This document shows positions 7,776 to 17,278 of a stretch of DNA of 26,966 nt, in pieces (position 1 is the stretch's first letter; each line of letters opens with the position of its first letter). The DNA lies in IMG/VR virus record IMGVR_UViG_3300017903_003336, positions 1 to 26,966 of that record, one strand, 5' to 3'. Source of the DNA: a virus (taxonomy: Duplodnaviria; Caudoviricetes). The notes beneath the pieces were generated by a model. That model made no database searches, was not told the origin of the DNA, and saw nothing but the letters and a program-made list of their open reading frames with translations. A program made the translations under genes and the position numbers.

Positions 7776-9228
7776 ATAAATCTGTGTCTACCTTTTCTAT
7801 ATTATACGGATAATTTGCCTCTTTGTAAAACTTTTTTCTTTGAGTAAGATGTCTTCTTGCAAATTTGCAGTGACTGGTTATGTCCCAGATCATTACATTA
7901 TCCTTGTCCTCGGCTTTACGGATGCCTCTTCCAATTGATTGTATTACTCTTACAAAACTTTTACCCGGTTCTATAAGAACAAGATTGAAAATCCTAGGAA
8001 TATTAATACCAACAGCGGCAACTCCATATGTGGCAATAATAATTTTATTTGTTGCAGTAGATACTTCATCGTAGTGTTCCTTTCTGTCCATTGTTTTTGT
8101 TGCACCTCTTATGAAAACTGAATCCTTTATTTTCTTTTCAAGTATTTCTCCTGCACTGATTCTGTCAACAAGTATAAGTGTGTTTCCGGAGGTTGCAATA
8201 TCGTTTATTGTTTGTGCTATCCAACTTGTACGTTTTGGATCGGTTGTCAGCCATTTAAGTTCTTCTTGATAGTTTCTAAATTCCACAACATCGTTTGTTT
8301 GTAATACAGTTACATGGCAATTTGCTAACACTCCTTTGTCCTGCAATTCTTTTGCGGGAATCTTGTTTGTGACATCTCCCAGTGAAACTTTTATGCCCAT
8401 GTATTCATATTCCTGTTTGGGCACAGTGCCCGTCAATCCCCAACGTATTTGACAATTCGCAAACGGTCCTGTCAGCATTCGTTTAAGCACATCCGCTTTG
8501 GCCATATGTACCTCGTCGACTATCACTGTGTTGATGCCGTCTATAAATTCTTTGAATTCGGTTGAATGATCGTCTTTGCTTCTTTTTTCTAAAACATTTA
8601 AACTTTGCCAAGTGGCAATGGTATTGTATCTACCAACTTCTTTCCTATCACCGTAATAGACACCTGTGTCCAAATTACAAGCGAGGAAGTCTTGTTCTGT
8701 TTGTGTGACAAGACTCTTGTTTGGCACTATGGTCAGTGTCCTGCCATAAGGTTCGACCAACTGGCACAGTGCCGCTGTAATAATGGTCTTACCTGCACCA
8801 GTGGCGATCTCTTGTATCGACTGTGGATTCTCGATGAACTTGTTGATCGTTTCCACTTGATAGTCTCGCAATTCGATAGGTTGTCCTGCACATGGATGTT
8901 TATCTGGCCACGTGATGTGTGATAGATAGTTTTTGTCAATTGCTTTAAATTCTAAATCTTGTTTGGGTCTTTGGTCTTCCAATTCCACGTACACACCGCC
9001 GTCTTCCAATATTGGCAGTATTTGATCAACTAGATAAAGGTATGTTGTACCACCTAATCCAAAAAATGCTATTTTACCATCCCATCTTCCAAGTTTGACT
9101 GCAGGCAAGTGAAACGCATACGGTATCTGATATTTGAATTTTTGATGTAGACGTTGCCGCCACTTGAGATCTAAATTCTCAAATTTGACATTTACTTGGT
9201 CTTTGATTACTAATTTACAACTGCTCAT
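7756..9228 (-). CDS. uvsW: UvsW-like SF2 DNA helicase
   Basis: LRDYQ Q-motif, ATGAGKT, DEVH, GLTGT, QSIGRGIR; N-terminal WDGKI as in UvsW. Confidence 0.92.
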   Translation of the reverse strand: MSSCKLVIKDQVNVKFENLDLKWRQRLHQKFKYQIPYAFHLPAVKLGRWDGKIAFFGLGGTTYLYLVDQILPILEDGGVYVELEDQRPKQDLEFKAIDKNYLSHITWPDKHPCAGQPIELRDYQVETINKFIENPQSIQEIATGAGKTIITAALCQLVEPYGRTLTIVPNKSLVTQTEQDFLACNLDTGVYYGDRKEVGRYNTIATWQSLNVLEKRSKDDHSTEFKEFIDGINTVIVDEVHMAKADVLKRMLTGPFANCQIRWGLTGTVPKQEYEYMGIKVSLGDVTNKIPAKELQDKGVLANCHVTVLQTNDVVEFRNYQEELKWLTTDPKRTSWIAQTINDIATSGNTLILVDRISAGEILEKKIKDSVFIRGATKTMDRKEHYDEVSTATNKIIIATYGVAAVGINIPRIFNLVLIEPGKSFVRVIQSIGRGIRKAEDKDNVMIWDITSHCKFARRHLTQRKKFYKEANYPYNIEKVDTDLYEDTNT

Positions 9229-10568
9229 ATCTTGCTTATAACTTTATCATTCCAATCAAAACTTGAAGGCCTATGATCATTATAATACAAGGTTTTAGGT
9301 AAATTGTCTAGAAATCTTTTTAAAGAATCTGTTCCAGCGGTATAGTAACCACCACCCAAAGCCACAAAACAGCATTGTGGTAACACTCCAGACTTTATCA
9401 TTGTTTTTGGTATTCTATTCCTTACAAAAATTATTTTTGTTTCTTTGTCAACATATTTGAATTGCTTACTGAGTTGTGAAAGTTCATTACGCACTTGCCA
9501 TTTGCTTTGTAGCAGTTCTTGAGGCAGTGTGTCAGATTCGTCAATTACCGGATTCCAATGTTCTTTCTCTGGCGCTTTGAATTCGAATCCAAACGCTAAA
9601 TTTTTGGATTCAATTTGATTTCTTTCAAAACAGTGCAACCATTGTTTCCATTCGTCAATATCTTCAGTTGCCCATGGGTCTCCACTCACAGGCATAATAA
9701 TTGGCCAGAGATCTAGTTCCTGGAAAGCGGCTATCACTTGATCCCTGCTATATGCGTTTTTATCGATCCATGCTTTTGTTGTGTCATGATGTGCAATCCT
9801 TCCACCAAGTTCACTCCATGATTTTACCTTTATTCCTTTGGTGCTTATTCCAAATTCTTTCAATCTGTCCACTTGTTGCAAAGGTTTTTGTGAAGCAACA
9901 TTCATCTGCCAGTACTCCAATAAACTATCTGTTGCATTGAAGATTTCAACATTTCCGTTGATTATTCTTGCAGTTGCTTTTTTAAAACCTCTAATTTCTT
10001 TTCTCACTTGATCAAAATCGTCAAGCAATGTTGTATCTACAAATCTAAAATCGTATCTGATAGCGATCAAAGTAAGGTAGTACGTGGTCACATCGGTTTG
10101 TAAAAAGGTCCATTTTTTATTTTCACCATCGTAACTGCTGTATCCTCCAGGCAAACATTTTTGGTCTTTGAGTACCCTTATCAACTGTATAATTTTTTTA
10201 TGATATGGAAAACGTAACTCTATTTTTTCAGCACCGTCCTCGTCGATGAATTTTTCAATAATTTTATCAAAGTTTATTACCCTAAATGGTGCTTCGTACT
10301 GCGGATCGTCTACAAGTTTACGTATGTCCATTCCGTACTTTTGAAACTTGCTTAGGTACCTTTTTAGGATCACGACAGCAAGTTTACCTTGTTTTTCTGT
10401 CCAGGCGTATTGTGCTTCTGCTAATGATTTTACTGTTTCAAGGTCTTTATGATGCGGCTTGACATGACGTTTGATCTGGTGATTTTGGTCGGTATACCAG
10501 AAATATTCATTATATGCTAGTATTTTAATCGCTTCGTTAACTGTTTTTGGTGTGATATCTGTGTGCAT
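9225..10568 (-). CDS. Hypothetical protein (447 aa, start revised to MHTDIT) with possible HARP-like segment
   Basis: ATGA-coupled to uvsW; promoter upstream of 10568; IELRFPYHKKIIQLIR...YDGENKKWTF. Confidence 0.65.
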   Translation of the reverse strand: MHTDITPKTVNEAIKILAYNEYFWYTDQNHQIKRHVKPHHKDLETVKSLAEAQYAWTEKQGKLAVVILKRYLSKFQKYGMDIRKLVDDPQYEAPFRVINFDKIIEKFIDEDGAEKIELRFPYHKKIIQLIRVLKDQKCLPGGYSSYDGENKKWTFLQTDVTTYYLTLIAIRYDFRFVDTTLLDDFDQVRKEIRGFKKATARIINGNVEIFNATDSLLEYWQMNVASQKPLQQVDRLKEFGISTKGIKVKSWSELGGRIAHHDTTKAWIDKNAYSRDQVIAAFQELDLWPIIMPVSGDPWATEDIDEWKQWLHCFERNQIESKNLAFGFEFKAPEKEHWNPVIDESDTLPQELLQSKWQVRNELSQLSKQFKYVDKETKIIFVRNRIPKTMIKSGVLPQCCFVALGGGYYTAGTDSLKRFLDNLPKTLYYNDHRPSSFDWNDKVISKI

Positions 10569-10590
10569 ATTTCTGGTAAATTTTTTGATA

Positions 10591-10630
10591 ATTACTAGTA
10601 ATAGTATAGCATAATTGGTAATTTTGTCAA
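10591..10630 (-). promoter_or_regulatory. Sigma70-type promoter with adjacent palindrome
   Basis: TTGACA-16 nt-TATACT with extended TGn; perfect palindrome ATTACTAGTAAT (10591-10602) directly after the -10. Confidence 0.65.
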
Positions 10631-10632
10631 CC

Positions 10633-11100
10633 ATGGATAGAAAGAAAAAACTTGGTAAAACCAAGAATCTAAAAAGGCAATTCAAAAAAAGTTTAGAATT
10701 GCGTGAATCAGTTAAAGGTTACAAACCTTCGGCCCTGGTTGCGGCACACTGGTTCAGCAAATTGAACGTGTTGCTTTTTGGCAGTAGACTAGGACGTGTG
10801 CATATTGAAATCAAAAATTTACATCATGACTGGGGCAGATGTGTTGCCAATTGGGACAACCGTAAAACTCCAAAAGGAAAATTTGATCAACGGGTAATAC
10901 CACACCATATTCCTGTGGATTTCTATATACAACTGCACAAAAAGTTTCCAAGTTGGAAAGATTTTATCGAAACACTAGCACACGAAATGGTGCATCTTTA
11001 TCAGATGACCATCATTAAAGATCCATACTCAAATCACAATGCGAATTTCTACGCATTTAGAGACAAGTTTAAGAGTGCTGGCTTAAAACTTTATCGTTAA
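10633..11100 (+). CDS. SprT-like zinc metalloprotease
   Basis: ETLAHEMVHLYQ (HExxH) followed by HNANF; start probably MDRKKK. Confidence 0.8.
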   Translation: MDRKKKLGKTKNLKRQFKKSLELRESVKGYKPSALVAAHWFSKLNVLLFGSRLGRVHIEIKNLHHDWGRCVANWDNRKTPKGKFDQRVIPHHIPVDFYIQLHKKFPSWKDFIETLAHEMVHLYQMTIIKDPYSNHNANFYAFRDKFKSAGLKLYR

Positions 11101-11824
11101 ATTCTTTGTAAGAAATTATTTTGCTGTTTTTAAGGTCTGTACCTGTCTGTAAATGATTTAGGTACTCGGGCGGATTGTCATGCACAATAGTAAATGTGCA
11201 ATAAGGTCTCATCTTTAGAATGTCTCTGAATTGTTTCAGCCAACCCTCAAATACTTCGTTACTGTGCCGTTCTCCATAACAGACTGTGTTTTGATAGATA
11301 TTGTTCAATTGATCTTTACCGTATTCTCTGAAGTCATAGCCTATCAAGAAAATATTTTTATGTCCGTGCATACATGCGGTCCAGAATGCCGCATTACCTG
11401 ATATCCAGTGTGGATTTTTTGGAATCAGATGCAACATGCCTTTGGATTGTTTCCTATTGACTTCTAACGACGGTGCATAGTGGAATGTTTTCAATCCAAC
11501 TTCGTCCTCTACCATCTGCATGGTCATTTTGGTATCAACACTGAAAATAAAGTCAGGCATGAAGTCTCTGTATAGTGCATTACACCCGTATGTTTGTCCT
11601 GTATCTTTCAAAAGTGTGAGATCAAAACCTTTCCTAGACGGACCGTTTCCTATACAGTAGGCATTGCCTTTGGGCACTGCCTTAACCTTGTCTTCGTAAA
11701 ATGCAGTTTCCTGTATGCGTTGACCTTTCCTGATTATTGTGTTGACAATAATGGTTTCACCATTGTACTGTTCAAACTCTATTGGATCTATTTCCGGCTT
11801 TTGTCCGATTTTAACTATTTTCAT
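11069..11824 (-). CDS. Maf/DUF115-like (sialyltransferase-type fold) sugar transferase
   Basis: CIGNGPS, YGCNALYR..PDFIFSVD, SGNAA...GHKNIFLIGYDF. Confidence 0.65.
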   Translation of the reverse strand: MKIVKIGQKPEIDPIEFEQYNGETIIVNTIIRKGQRIQETAFYEDKVKAVPKGNAYCIGNGPSRKGFDLTLLKDTGQTYGCNALYRDFMPDFIFSVDTKMTMQMVEDEVGLKTFHYAPSLEVNRKQSKGMLHLIPKNPHWISGNAAFWTACMHGHKNIFLIGYDFREYGKDQLNNIYQNTVCYGERHSNEVFEGWLKQFRDILKMRPYCTFTIVHDNPPEYLNHLQTGTDLKNSKIISYKEFNDKVLSQHS

Positions 11825-12693
11825 TTTATATATTTTTCCTCTAGTCTTTTTTTGATTCTACTCCATGGAATTCCTTTTTGTATCTCATCTTTGAACCATT
11901 CAGTGTATGATAACATATTTGCCCAGTTTTGTCTATTAGGCATGGCCGGCGTGTTGATGTCGGCAAATCCTAGATTACCCACGTCATGACAAAGGCTGTC
12001 CTCAGACACGAAAACCGGTATGCCATTTATCACTGCTTCCATGGCAGGGTTACTGCTGTGGTTTACCACGGCCCATGTCCTTTCAAGCGTTGCTTTGAAA
12101 TCTGTGTCGTCATATGTTTTAAAATCTCTTTTTGGTAGACGAATTTTGACATTTTTAAAATCGTTTTCTCGGAACTGTATGTGATTTCTCGGGTGGGGCC
12201 TTACCAATATTGGACGTGTTGTGTATTTCCTAATTTCATTAATCTGCTGTTCTATCCAGGTAGACATCCGAGGAAGTCCCCTCCATTGTTCGGAAGCATC
12301 ATGTTGTCCGCATATGACAATTATGTCACCTGTTGGGTTCCATGGTTTAAATGTGTGTTTGAACAGTGGCCATCGTTTGTTGTCGACTTCTTGATTGGCA
12401 AAATCCGCTTTCCTGTTGATTCCGTTTATACCTATCTTAAAACTTTGATTACGCCGAAGTCCCCCGACCTCGATCACTATTACTGGTTTTCCTTGTGCTC
12501 TATATTGTTCCCAGATTTTTTGATATGATTGCATACGTCCACGCCACAATACGCTCCATATCACTGCCACATCTGCGTTTACCGACTGATTGATGTACAC
12601 TTGTTCACCGGCATTCCGCAGGCTTTCGATGAAAGCATCAAAAATTGGTTTGGAATTGAGAGGCCCATATTCAGGCCATATTTCTATTTTCAT
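11821..12693 (-). CDS. KpsS/KpsC (Capsule_synth)-like GT-B glycosyltransferase, paralog 1
   Basis: IVICGQHDAS, ILVRPHPR, AVVNHSSNPAMEAVINGIPVF; start MKIEIW, ATGA-coupled. Confidence 0.7.
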   Translation of the reverse strand: MKIEIWPEYGPLNSKPIFDAFIESLRNAGEQVYINQSVNADVAVIWSVLWRGRMQSYQKIWEQYRAQGKPVIVIEVGGLRRNQSFKIGINGINRKADFANQEVDNKRWPLFKHTFKPWNPTGDIIVICGQHDASEQWRGLPRMSTWIEQQINEIRKYTTRPILVRPHPRNHIQFRENDFKNVKIRLPKRDFKTYDDTDFKATLERTWAVVNHSSNPAMEAVINGIPVFVSEDSLCHDVGNLGFADINTPAMPNRQNWANMLSYTEWFKDEIQKGIPWSRIKKRLEEKYIK

Positions 12694-13589
12694 GTGGGTG
12701 GCCTTTGCCTCCAATAGTCTAACTGCGTTACATCAACCGGACCGTTTGTGTTAGGTCGGAGATCATTTTTTGCAGACGTGCCTGTTTTCTTACGTTTGCC
12801 TTTCATGTGATCCATGTACAGGCCCAGTTCACTATTAACGAACACATGATGTCCTTTAACACCTTTCCAGTATCCGATGTCGTTGACTTTTATGGCCTTG
12901 TCTTTCCTAAATTGTTTTGACAAGTGCCAAAAAACATAACTGTCATGCCACTCCAATAATTTAAACACTTTGTCGGTAACATATAATTTTTCCCATTCGT
13001 TTACGAAGTTTTGTATTTCTGGATGACGCATGTTGTAACCTACAAACCCGCATTCGGGATATTTGCCGCCGTCGTTCAGTTTTGGATTTTCTCTGCCTAA
13101 GTATGTGAGCATGGTGTCTGGTGGGAGCAATTTTGCAAAAAAGTCCAAAGGCACTGGTCTAAATGTGTACGTGTCTCCGTCAATCCAGACCACATAGTCA
13201 TAATCCGCTGAATTTCTCACAGCGTTGACAACACAAAAAACTTTGTTAGCGAAACGCACGGCCGCCCATAAGAATGATCCTTTATTTTTGTCCAGTCCAC
13301 CTTTCTGTTGCAACTCCGCTGGTCTTCTCACCCCACCCGGTATTTCTTGCAGTTCACCGTTGGCAACAGGATCGTCTTTATGTTTATTTTTAAATTTAAA
13401 AAGTTCTGGCTCTGCTGTATTGAGATCAACCCATTTTATTCTATCATAGTCGCATGCGGGTTTTGGTTCTTCAGCATACACCACAATGTCTATTTCCTTT
13501 GGAAAATGTTGAGCCATTGACTCTATGCCTTTTTTTCCATACTGATCCCACGTGCCCGGTTTGTATGATGTTATTACTTTAATTCTCAT
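12690..13589 (-). CDS. GT-A fold nucleotide-diphospho-sugar transferase
   Basis: AVRFANKVF...YVVWIDGD (DxD), ECGFVGYN, EWHDSYVF, DHMKG. Confidence 0.75.
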   Translation of the reverse strand: MRIKVITSYKPGTWDQYGKKGIESMAQHFPKEIDIVVYAEEPKPACDYDRIKWVDLNTAEPELFKFKNKHKDDPVANGELQEIPGGVRRPAELQQKGGLDKNKGSFLWAAVRFANKVFCVVNAVRNSADYDYVVWIDGDTYTFRPVPLDFFAKLLPPDTMLTYLGRENPKLNDGGKYPECGFVGYNMRHPEIQNFVNEWEKLYVTDKVFKLLEWHDSYVFWHLSKQFRKDKAIKVNDIGYWKGVKGHHVFVNSELGLYMDHMKGKRKKTGTSAKNDLRPNTNGPVDVTQLDYWRQRPPT

Positions 13590-14355
13590 TTATTCTCCTA
13601 TTTAAATCTTTATAGCCATGCCAGTTCAATAACAAGTCTTGTTGTTCTTTTGGTAATTCACTGATATAATTTGAACCACCTCGCCTGTAGAACTTTAGAT
13701 TGTCAGGCACATCTTTTTTGTTTTTCTCCTGCATTTTGTTGAAAGTGGTTTGTTGTTTTGCATATTGGTATGACGTATTATCAAAAGAGCCAAAGACAAA
13801 TTGTATCAATTTTTCCCATGGTTGATCACTCTGCTTGAGGTCTTCATATGTTACAATAATTTTTTTGCCCTGATGTTTATTGAAATGATCCAATTGTGCG
13901 TTCATAAAATTAATGATAATATCAAAACCCCATTGTTTGTCATGTGCAAAATCCATGATATCCGAATGTGTTGGAGGTGTAAAATTTTTGTAAGGTACAC
14001 TTTGTAGATATGGCCAGTAACTGAATAAAACGTCTAACGGATCTCTGAAAAGATATATTATGTTTTGTTTTTCCATTTCTTTGCTGAATATAAATTCGCA
14101 TTTGTTTTGTATATCAAAATATTCTTGCCATGGTATATGTCCTGTGGTACTCATCCAATCGTGTCTGAATAATATCCTGGGTATACCAGGTCTGGGTCTA
14201 TCAACCCATTTGCTGAACTCTACTTTGTATTTTTTTGCGATGTAATGTCCAAACAAGTGTTTCATCCAAGTACGGCCACAGCGTGGGAAACTGAGTATGA
14301 GATTTGGTATATTCTCATATTGATGTTTTAAAACTCCAATTCTTCTATGCATCAC
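13579..14355 (-). CDS. PAPS-dependent sulfotransferase
   Basis: 5'-PSB SFPRCGRTW, 3'-PB RDPLDVLFSY, YEDLK, FYRRGG. Confidence 0.85.
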   Translation of the reverse strand: MMHRRIGVLKHQYENIPNLILSFPRCGRTWMKHLFGHYIAKKYKVEFSKWVDRPRPGIPRILFRHDWMSTTGHIPWQEYFDIQNKCEFIFSKEMEKQNIIYLFRDPLDVLFSYWPYLQSVPYKNFTPPTHSDIMDFAHDKQWGFDIIINFMNAQLDHFNKHQGKKIIVTYEDLKQSDQPWEKLIQFVFGSFDNTSYQYAKQQTTFNKMQEKNKKDVPDNLKFYRRGGSNYISELPKEQQDLLLNWHGYKDLNRRINEN

Positions 14356-15335
14356 AGTTTAAGTTTTTCCTTGAATCTTTTGAACACCACACCGTTTCGT
14401 ATTTCGTCTGTGGTCCATTGCATGTATCCAATATTGTTAAGCCATTGTGTCCTGTCGGGATATTCGGGTGTTTCGATATTGTTGAGGTCCTTGTTTGCTA
14501 CAGGCCAACAAATTGCAAGATCACTTGTAACAAAGGTAGGGATTCCACGAACGCAAGAGTCGATACTGGCAGTAGAATTGTGAGTAACAACAGCATGACA
14601 ATTAGTTATTGCCTCCTGGAAGTTGAATCTGTAATACTTTTTCTCATCGCCTTTGTAGTGTGTTTGTCCTTCTATCAACATACAGTCTTCGGGAAATTCA
14701 TTTTTCCTATTGATCATTTGTGCCATGTGATTAGGATGTGGTCGGATCAAAAATTTTCTTTGTGTGATTGGTCTAAGTTTCTCATAAACACCCATGAACC
14801 AATCTATGGGATCCAGTTCGTCCATGCTCCAGTTGTCCTTTGGTTGTAGCACAAACAGTATTGGGTCGTCTTGATTTGATTTACGCCATGGCTCGTTTTT
14901 GACGTTCCACAACTTTTTCATCATCTCCCATCTGTCACTTGGTGAGTTAGAGTTCAGGAAGTCTCCGTTGTTCATGGGCGAATATAAACTCACACGCCAG
15001 TGGTGTTGGGGGTGTGTCACAGTGTTGCCAAAACTGGAAAGTATACCGCCGTCAAATGTGATTATGTATATGCCTTTCTTTTTTGCACGTTCGACTAGGT
15101 CTCTCCTACGACCTTTTGTGTGGTGTGGTTGATTTTTGCCACCATATCCAAACATGCAACCTACTGGCGCAGTCGGTTCCATTTCGTTGTCGGACCACGG
15201 GCCCTCTTTGTGTTCATTGACCATTATGGGATTGTCACCACATGCTCTTATGCCCTCTGCCATGTGTTGTAGCAGTTGCCAACTTGCGCCACGTTTGCGG
15301 TCCTTGACTGTTCTCCTAAAAATTTCAACGTCCAT
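14352..15335 (-). CDS. KpsS/KpsC-like GT-B glycosyltransferase, paralog 2
   Basis: ILFVLQPKDNWS, LIRPHP, AVVTHNSTASIDSCVRGIPTF. Confidence 0.7.
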   Translation of the reverse strand: MDVEIFRRTVKDRKRGASWQLLQHMAEGIRACGDNPIMVNEHKEGPWSDNEMEPTAPVGCMFGYGGKNQPHHTKGRRRDLVERAKKKGIYIITFDGGILSSFGNTVTHPQHHWRVSLYSPMNNGDFLNSNSPSDRWEMMKKLWNVKNEPWRKSNQDDPILFVLQPKDNWSMDELDPIDWFMGVYEKLRPITQRKFLIRPHPNHMAQMINRKNEFPEDCMLIEGQTHYKGDEKKYYRFNFQEAITNCHAVVTHNSTASIDSCVRGIPTFVTSDLAICWPVANKDLNNIETPEYPDRTQWLNNIGYMQWTTDEIRNGVVFKRFKEKLKL

Positions 15336-16140
15336 TTAACACCTTCCATGCATAACCGTTTTGCATTTCGTCACCTGTGAATTGACCATAGGCCAGACTA
15401 TAGAACAACGGTCTCGGATCAATGTATACCGGTTGCTCAACACGTGATAAACTTTTTCCTGCTATGGGAAAAGCACAATTATTGCTGTCCGTGAACACGG
15501 GCACACCGTTTGCCAATGCCTTAATTGTAATTGAACTGTTGTTGGTCACAACAGCATGGATTTCATTCCAATCTATTGGTGTCTTTGGTGCCTTGGTGCT
15601 ATTTTCGCCTGTGTATATTACTCCGTCGGCACCCAACTGTGCTTCCGGATTATAGGGTTTTTCCCTCACAATAATTTCTCTGTCAGTGTTTTCTTTTAGT
15701 TCTTTCAATGTTTTATCCAACCAATTTTCACAATTAAAGAAAGTGCTTATGGAATTCGTTGGCGGACATACTAAAATTTTTCTGCCGTTTTTATGAAACG
15801 GTTTTACCTCAAACGGAAAAGTGGCTTTGAATCTGTCGTCCGGCCGATCCTCTATAAAATTTTTGACATGATCATTTTTTACTATTCTTAGAAAATACGG
15901 CTTTTGTCTACTGATACCCCAATATGGCCGATCCATATAATAGAAATCAATTTTATTCTTGACACAGTGTTCATACACAAGATTGGTACCTCTCAAAATT
16001 CCAAACAGAGATATACTGTCGGCATCTTTTGCTTTGATACAGTCAAGGTGGGACACTATGCGAGAATTGGGAATACCTCGCTTGAAAAATTCTACGTATT
16101 TCTCAGTTACCACTCTATTTGTCTTTGAAAGATAGTTCAT
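15325..16140 (-). CDS. KpsS/KpsC-like GT-B glycosyltransferase, paralog 3
   Basis: ILVCPP, IIVREKP, AVVTNNSSITIKALANGVPVF, LAYGQFT. Confidence 0.65.
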   Translation of the reverse strand: MNYLSKTNRVVTEKYVEFFKRGIPNSRIVSHLDCIKAKDADSISLFGILRGTNLVYEHCVKNKIDFYYMDRPYWGISRQKPYFLRIVKNDHVKNFIEDRPDDRFKATFPFEVKPFHKNGRKILVCPPTNSISTFFNCENWLDKTLKELKENTDREIIVREKPYNPEAQLGADGVIYTGENSTKAPKTPIDWNEIHAVVTNNSSITIKALANGVPVFTDSNNCAFPIAGKSLSRVEQPVYIDPRPLFYSLAYGQFTGDEMQNGYAWKVLNGR

Positions 16141-16158
16141 GCTTTATTTTAATAATTT

Positions 16159-17241
16159 TTAATCCAAAAGTCTAATCAAATCCTCAGTTTTTACTTTAAA
16201 GTCGATCAGATCCGAAAATCGTTTGACACCTTTTGGTTTTTTGCCATTTTCCATTTCGATCGGCACAGTGTCGGCAAGCAACAATTGGTGTTCCAGACCT
16301 AGATGATGAGAAAGTATCGGGTAGACTTTTTTGTGAATCATTTTTTCATCTTGTATTTCTATTACTTTTGTACCGGATTTGCACCAAAGCAAATTAACAA
16401 GTCCAGCGCCGTGAGCCGCCACGATATGTGTTGCTTCGGCAAAAGTTTTCATTTGTTCTTTTATTGTCATGGTTTCCAAGCACACAGTTTCCCATCCTTT
16501 CAGCGCCAGTAACAATTCGTTTGAATTTGTAATCCTTCTGGTCTTCGCTCCCGGGCGTAGCACAACAATCTTCCTATGTGGATTTATATCTTTTAAACCA
16601 GTTAGACCCTTAAAATGTCTAAGCCAGGTCGCTAGATGTGGAGTAATCACACCGTCTTTTGAATTGCTCAAACTAGGAACCAGTAAATGTTTGAACTGCC
16701 AAATTTTATTTTTTGGCATTACAATAACTTTGACATCCGGAAACAATTCTTTTATTACTTTCTCCATATACTTGCTTTCGTTTGCTAGAACATAGCAGTA
16801 ACGTGCAAAGTTTGTGGACCATCTTTTTTCCATTAACCTAAATTTGCTGATAACGTCAATCCATATGTGCCATGGATTATTGACACTTGCTTCGTCGATG
16901 GGTAGCCAAACATAAGTGTATGTTTCATGGAACTCTTGGTCCACCGGTGACATGTTGATTTCTACATTGTCTCCCCAGTCACTCCAGAGGTTGTGTGACT
17001 TGTGTGGTTTGAATTTACTTTGGTGAGTCAACCCCCACACGTAACTTGTAATTAACTTGTTCTCCATGGTTGTAAGTATTGGAGCACTGTGCACCTTGCA
17101 ATTATGAAATTCCGCAACAAAAGTTGGTAAACTTGTGAAGTGTGGGTCAATGTCATCGTGATATGGCACACTATAATCATATGAATTATCTACCATTTCC
17201 CATCTATCTAAAAAATATTTGATTGAATCGATATTCTTCAT
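16159..17241 (-). CDS. Glycosyltransferase family 61 (DUF563)
   Basis: NPWHIWID, RRITNSNEL, EQMKTFAEATHIVAAHGAGLVNLLWC...VIEI. Confidence 0.85.
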   Translation of the reverse strand: MKNIDSIKYFLDRWEMVDNSYDYSVPYHDDIDPHFTSLPTFVAEFHNCKVHSAPILTTMENKLITSYVWGLTHQSKFKPHKSHNLWSDWGDNVEINMSPVDQEFHETYTYVWLPIDEASVNNPWHIWIDVISKFRLMEKRWSTNFARYCYVLANESKYMEKVIKELFPDVKVIVMPKNKIWQFKHLLVPSLSNSKDGVITPHLATWLRHFKGLTGLKDINPHRKIVVLRPGAKTRRITNSNELLLALKGWETVCLETMTIKEQMKTFAEATHIVAAHGAGLVNLLWCKSGTKVIEIQDEKMIHKKVYPILSHHLGLEHQLLLADTVPIEMENGKKPKGVKRFSDLIDFKVKTEDLIRLLD

Positions 17242-17243
17242 GT

Positions 17244-17278
17244 TTGCTTTTTACCTATAACTATACTATAATTATAGT
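17244..17278. promoter_or_regulatory. Divergent promoter with palindromic double -10
   Basis: Plus strand TTGCTT-17 nt-TATAAT; palindrome ACTATAATTATAGT (17265-17278) puts TATAAT on both strands in a 37-nt divergent gap. Confidence 0.6.

Noticed and set aside
10569-10685. Long N-terminal extensions called by the track (also 7279-7407, 24540-24653, 21537-21572)
   Set aside because: They overlap neighbouring genes or promoters; downstream ATGs give coupled junctions
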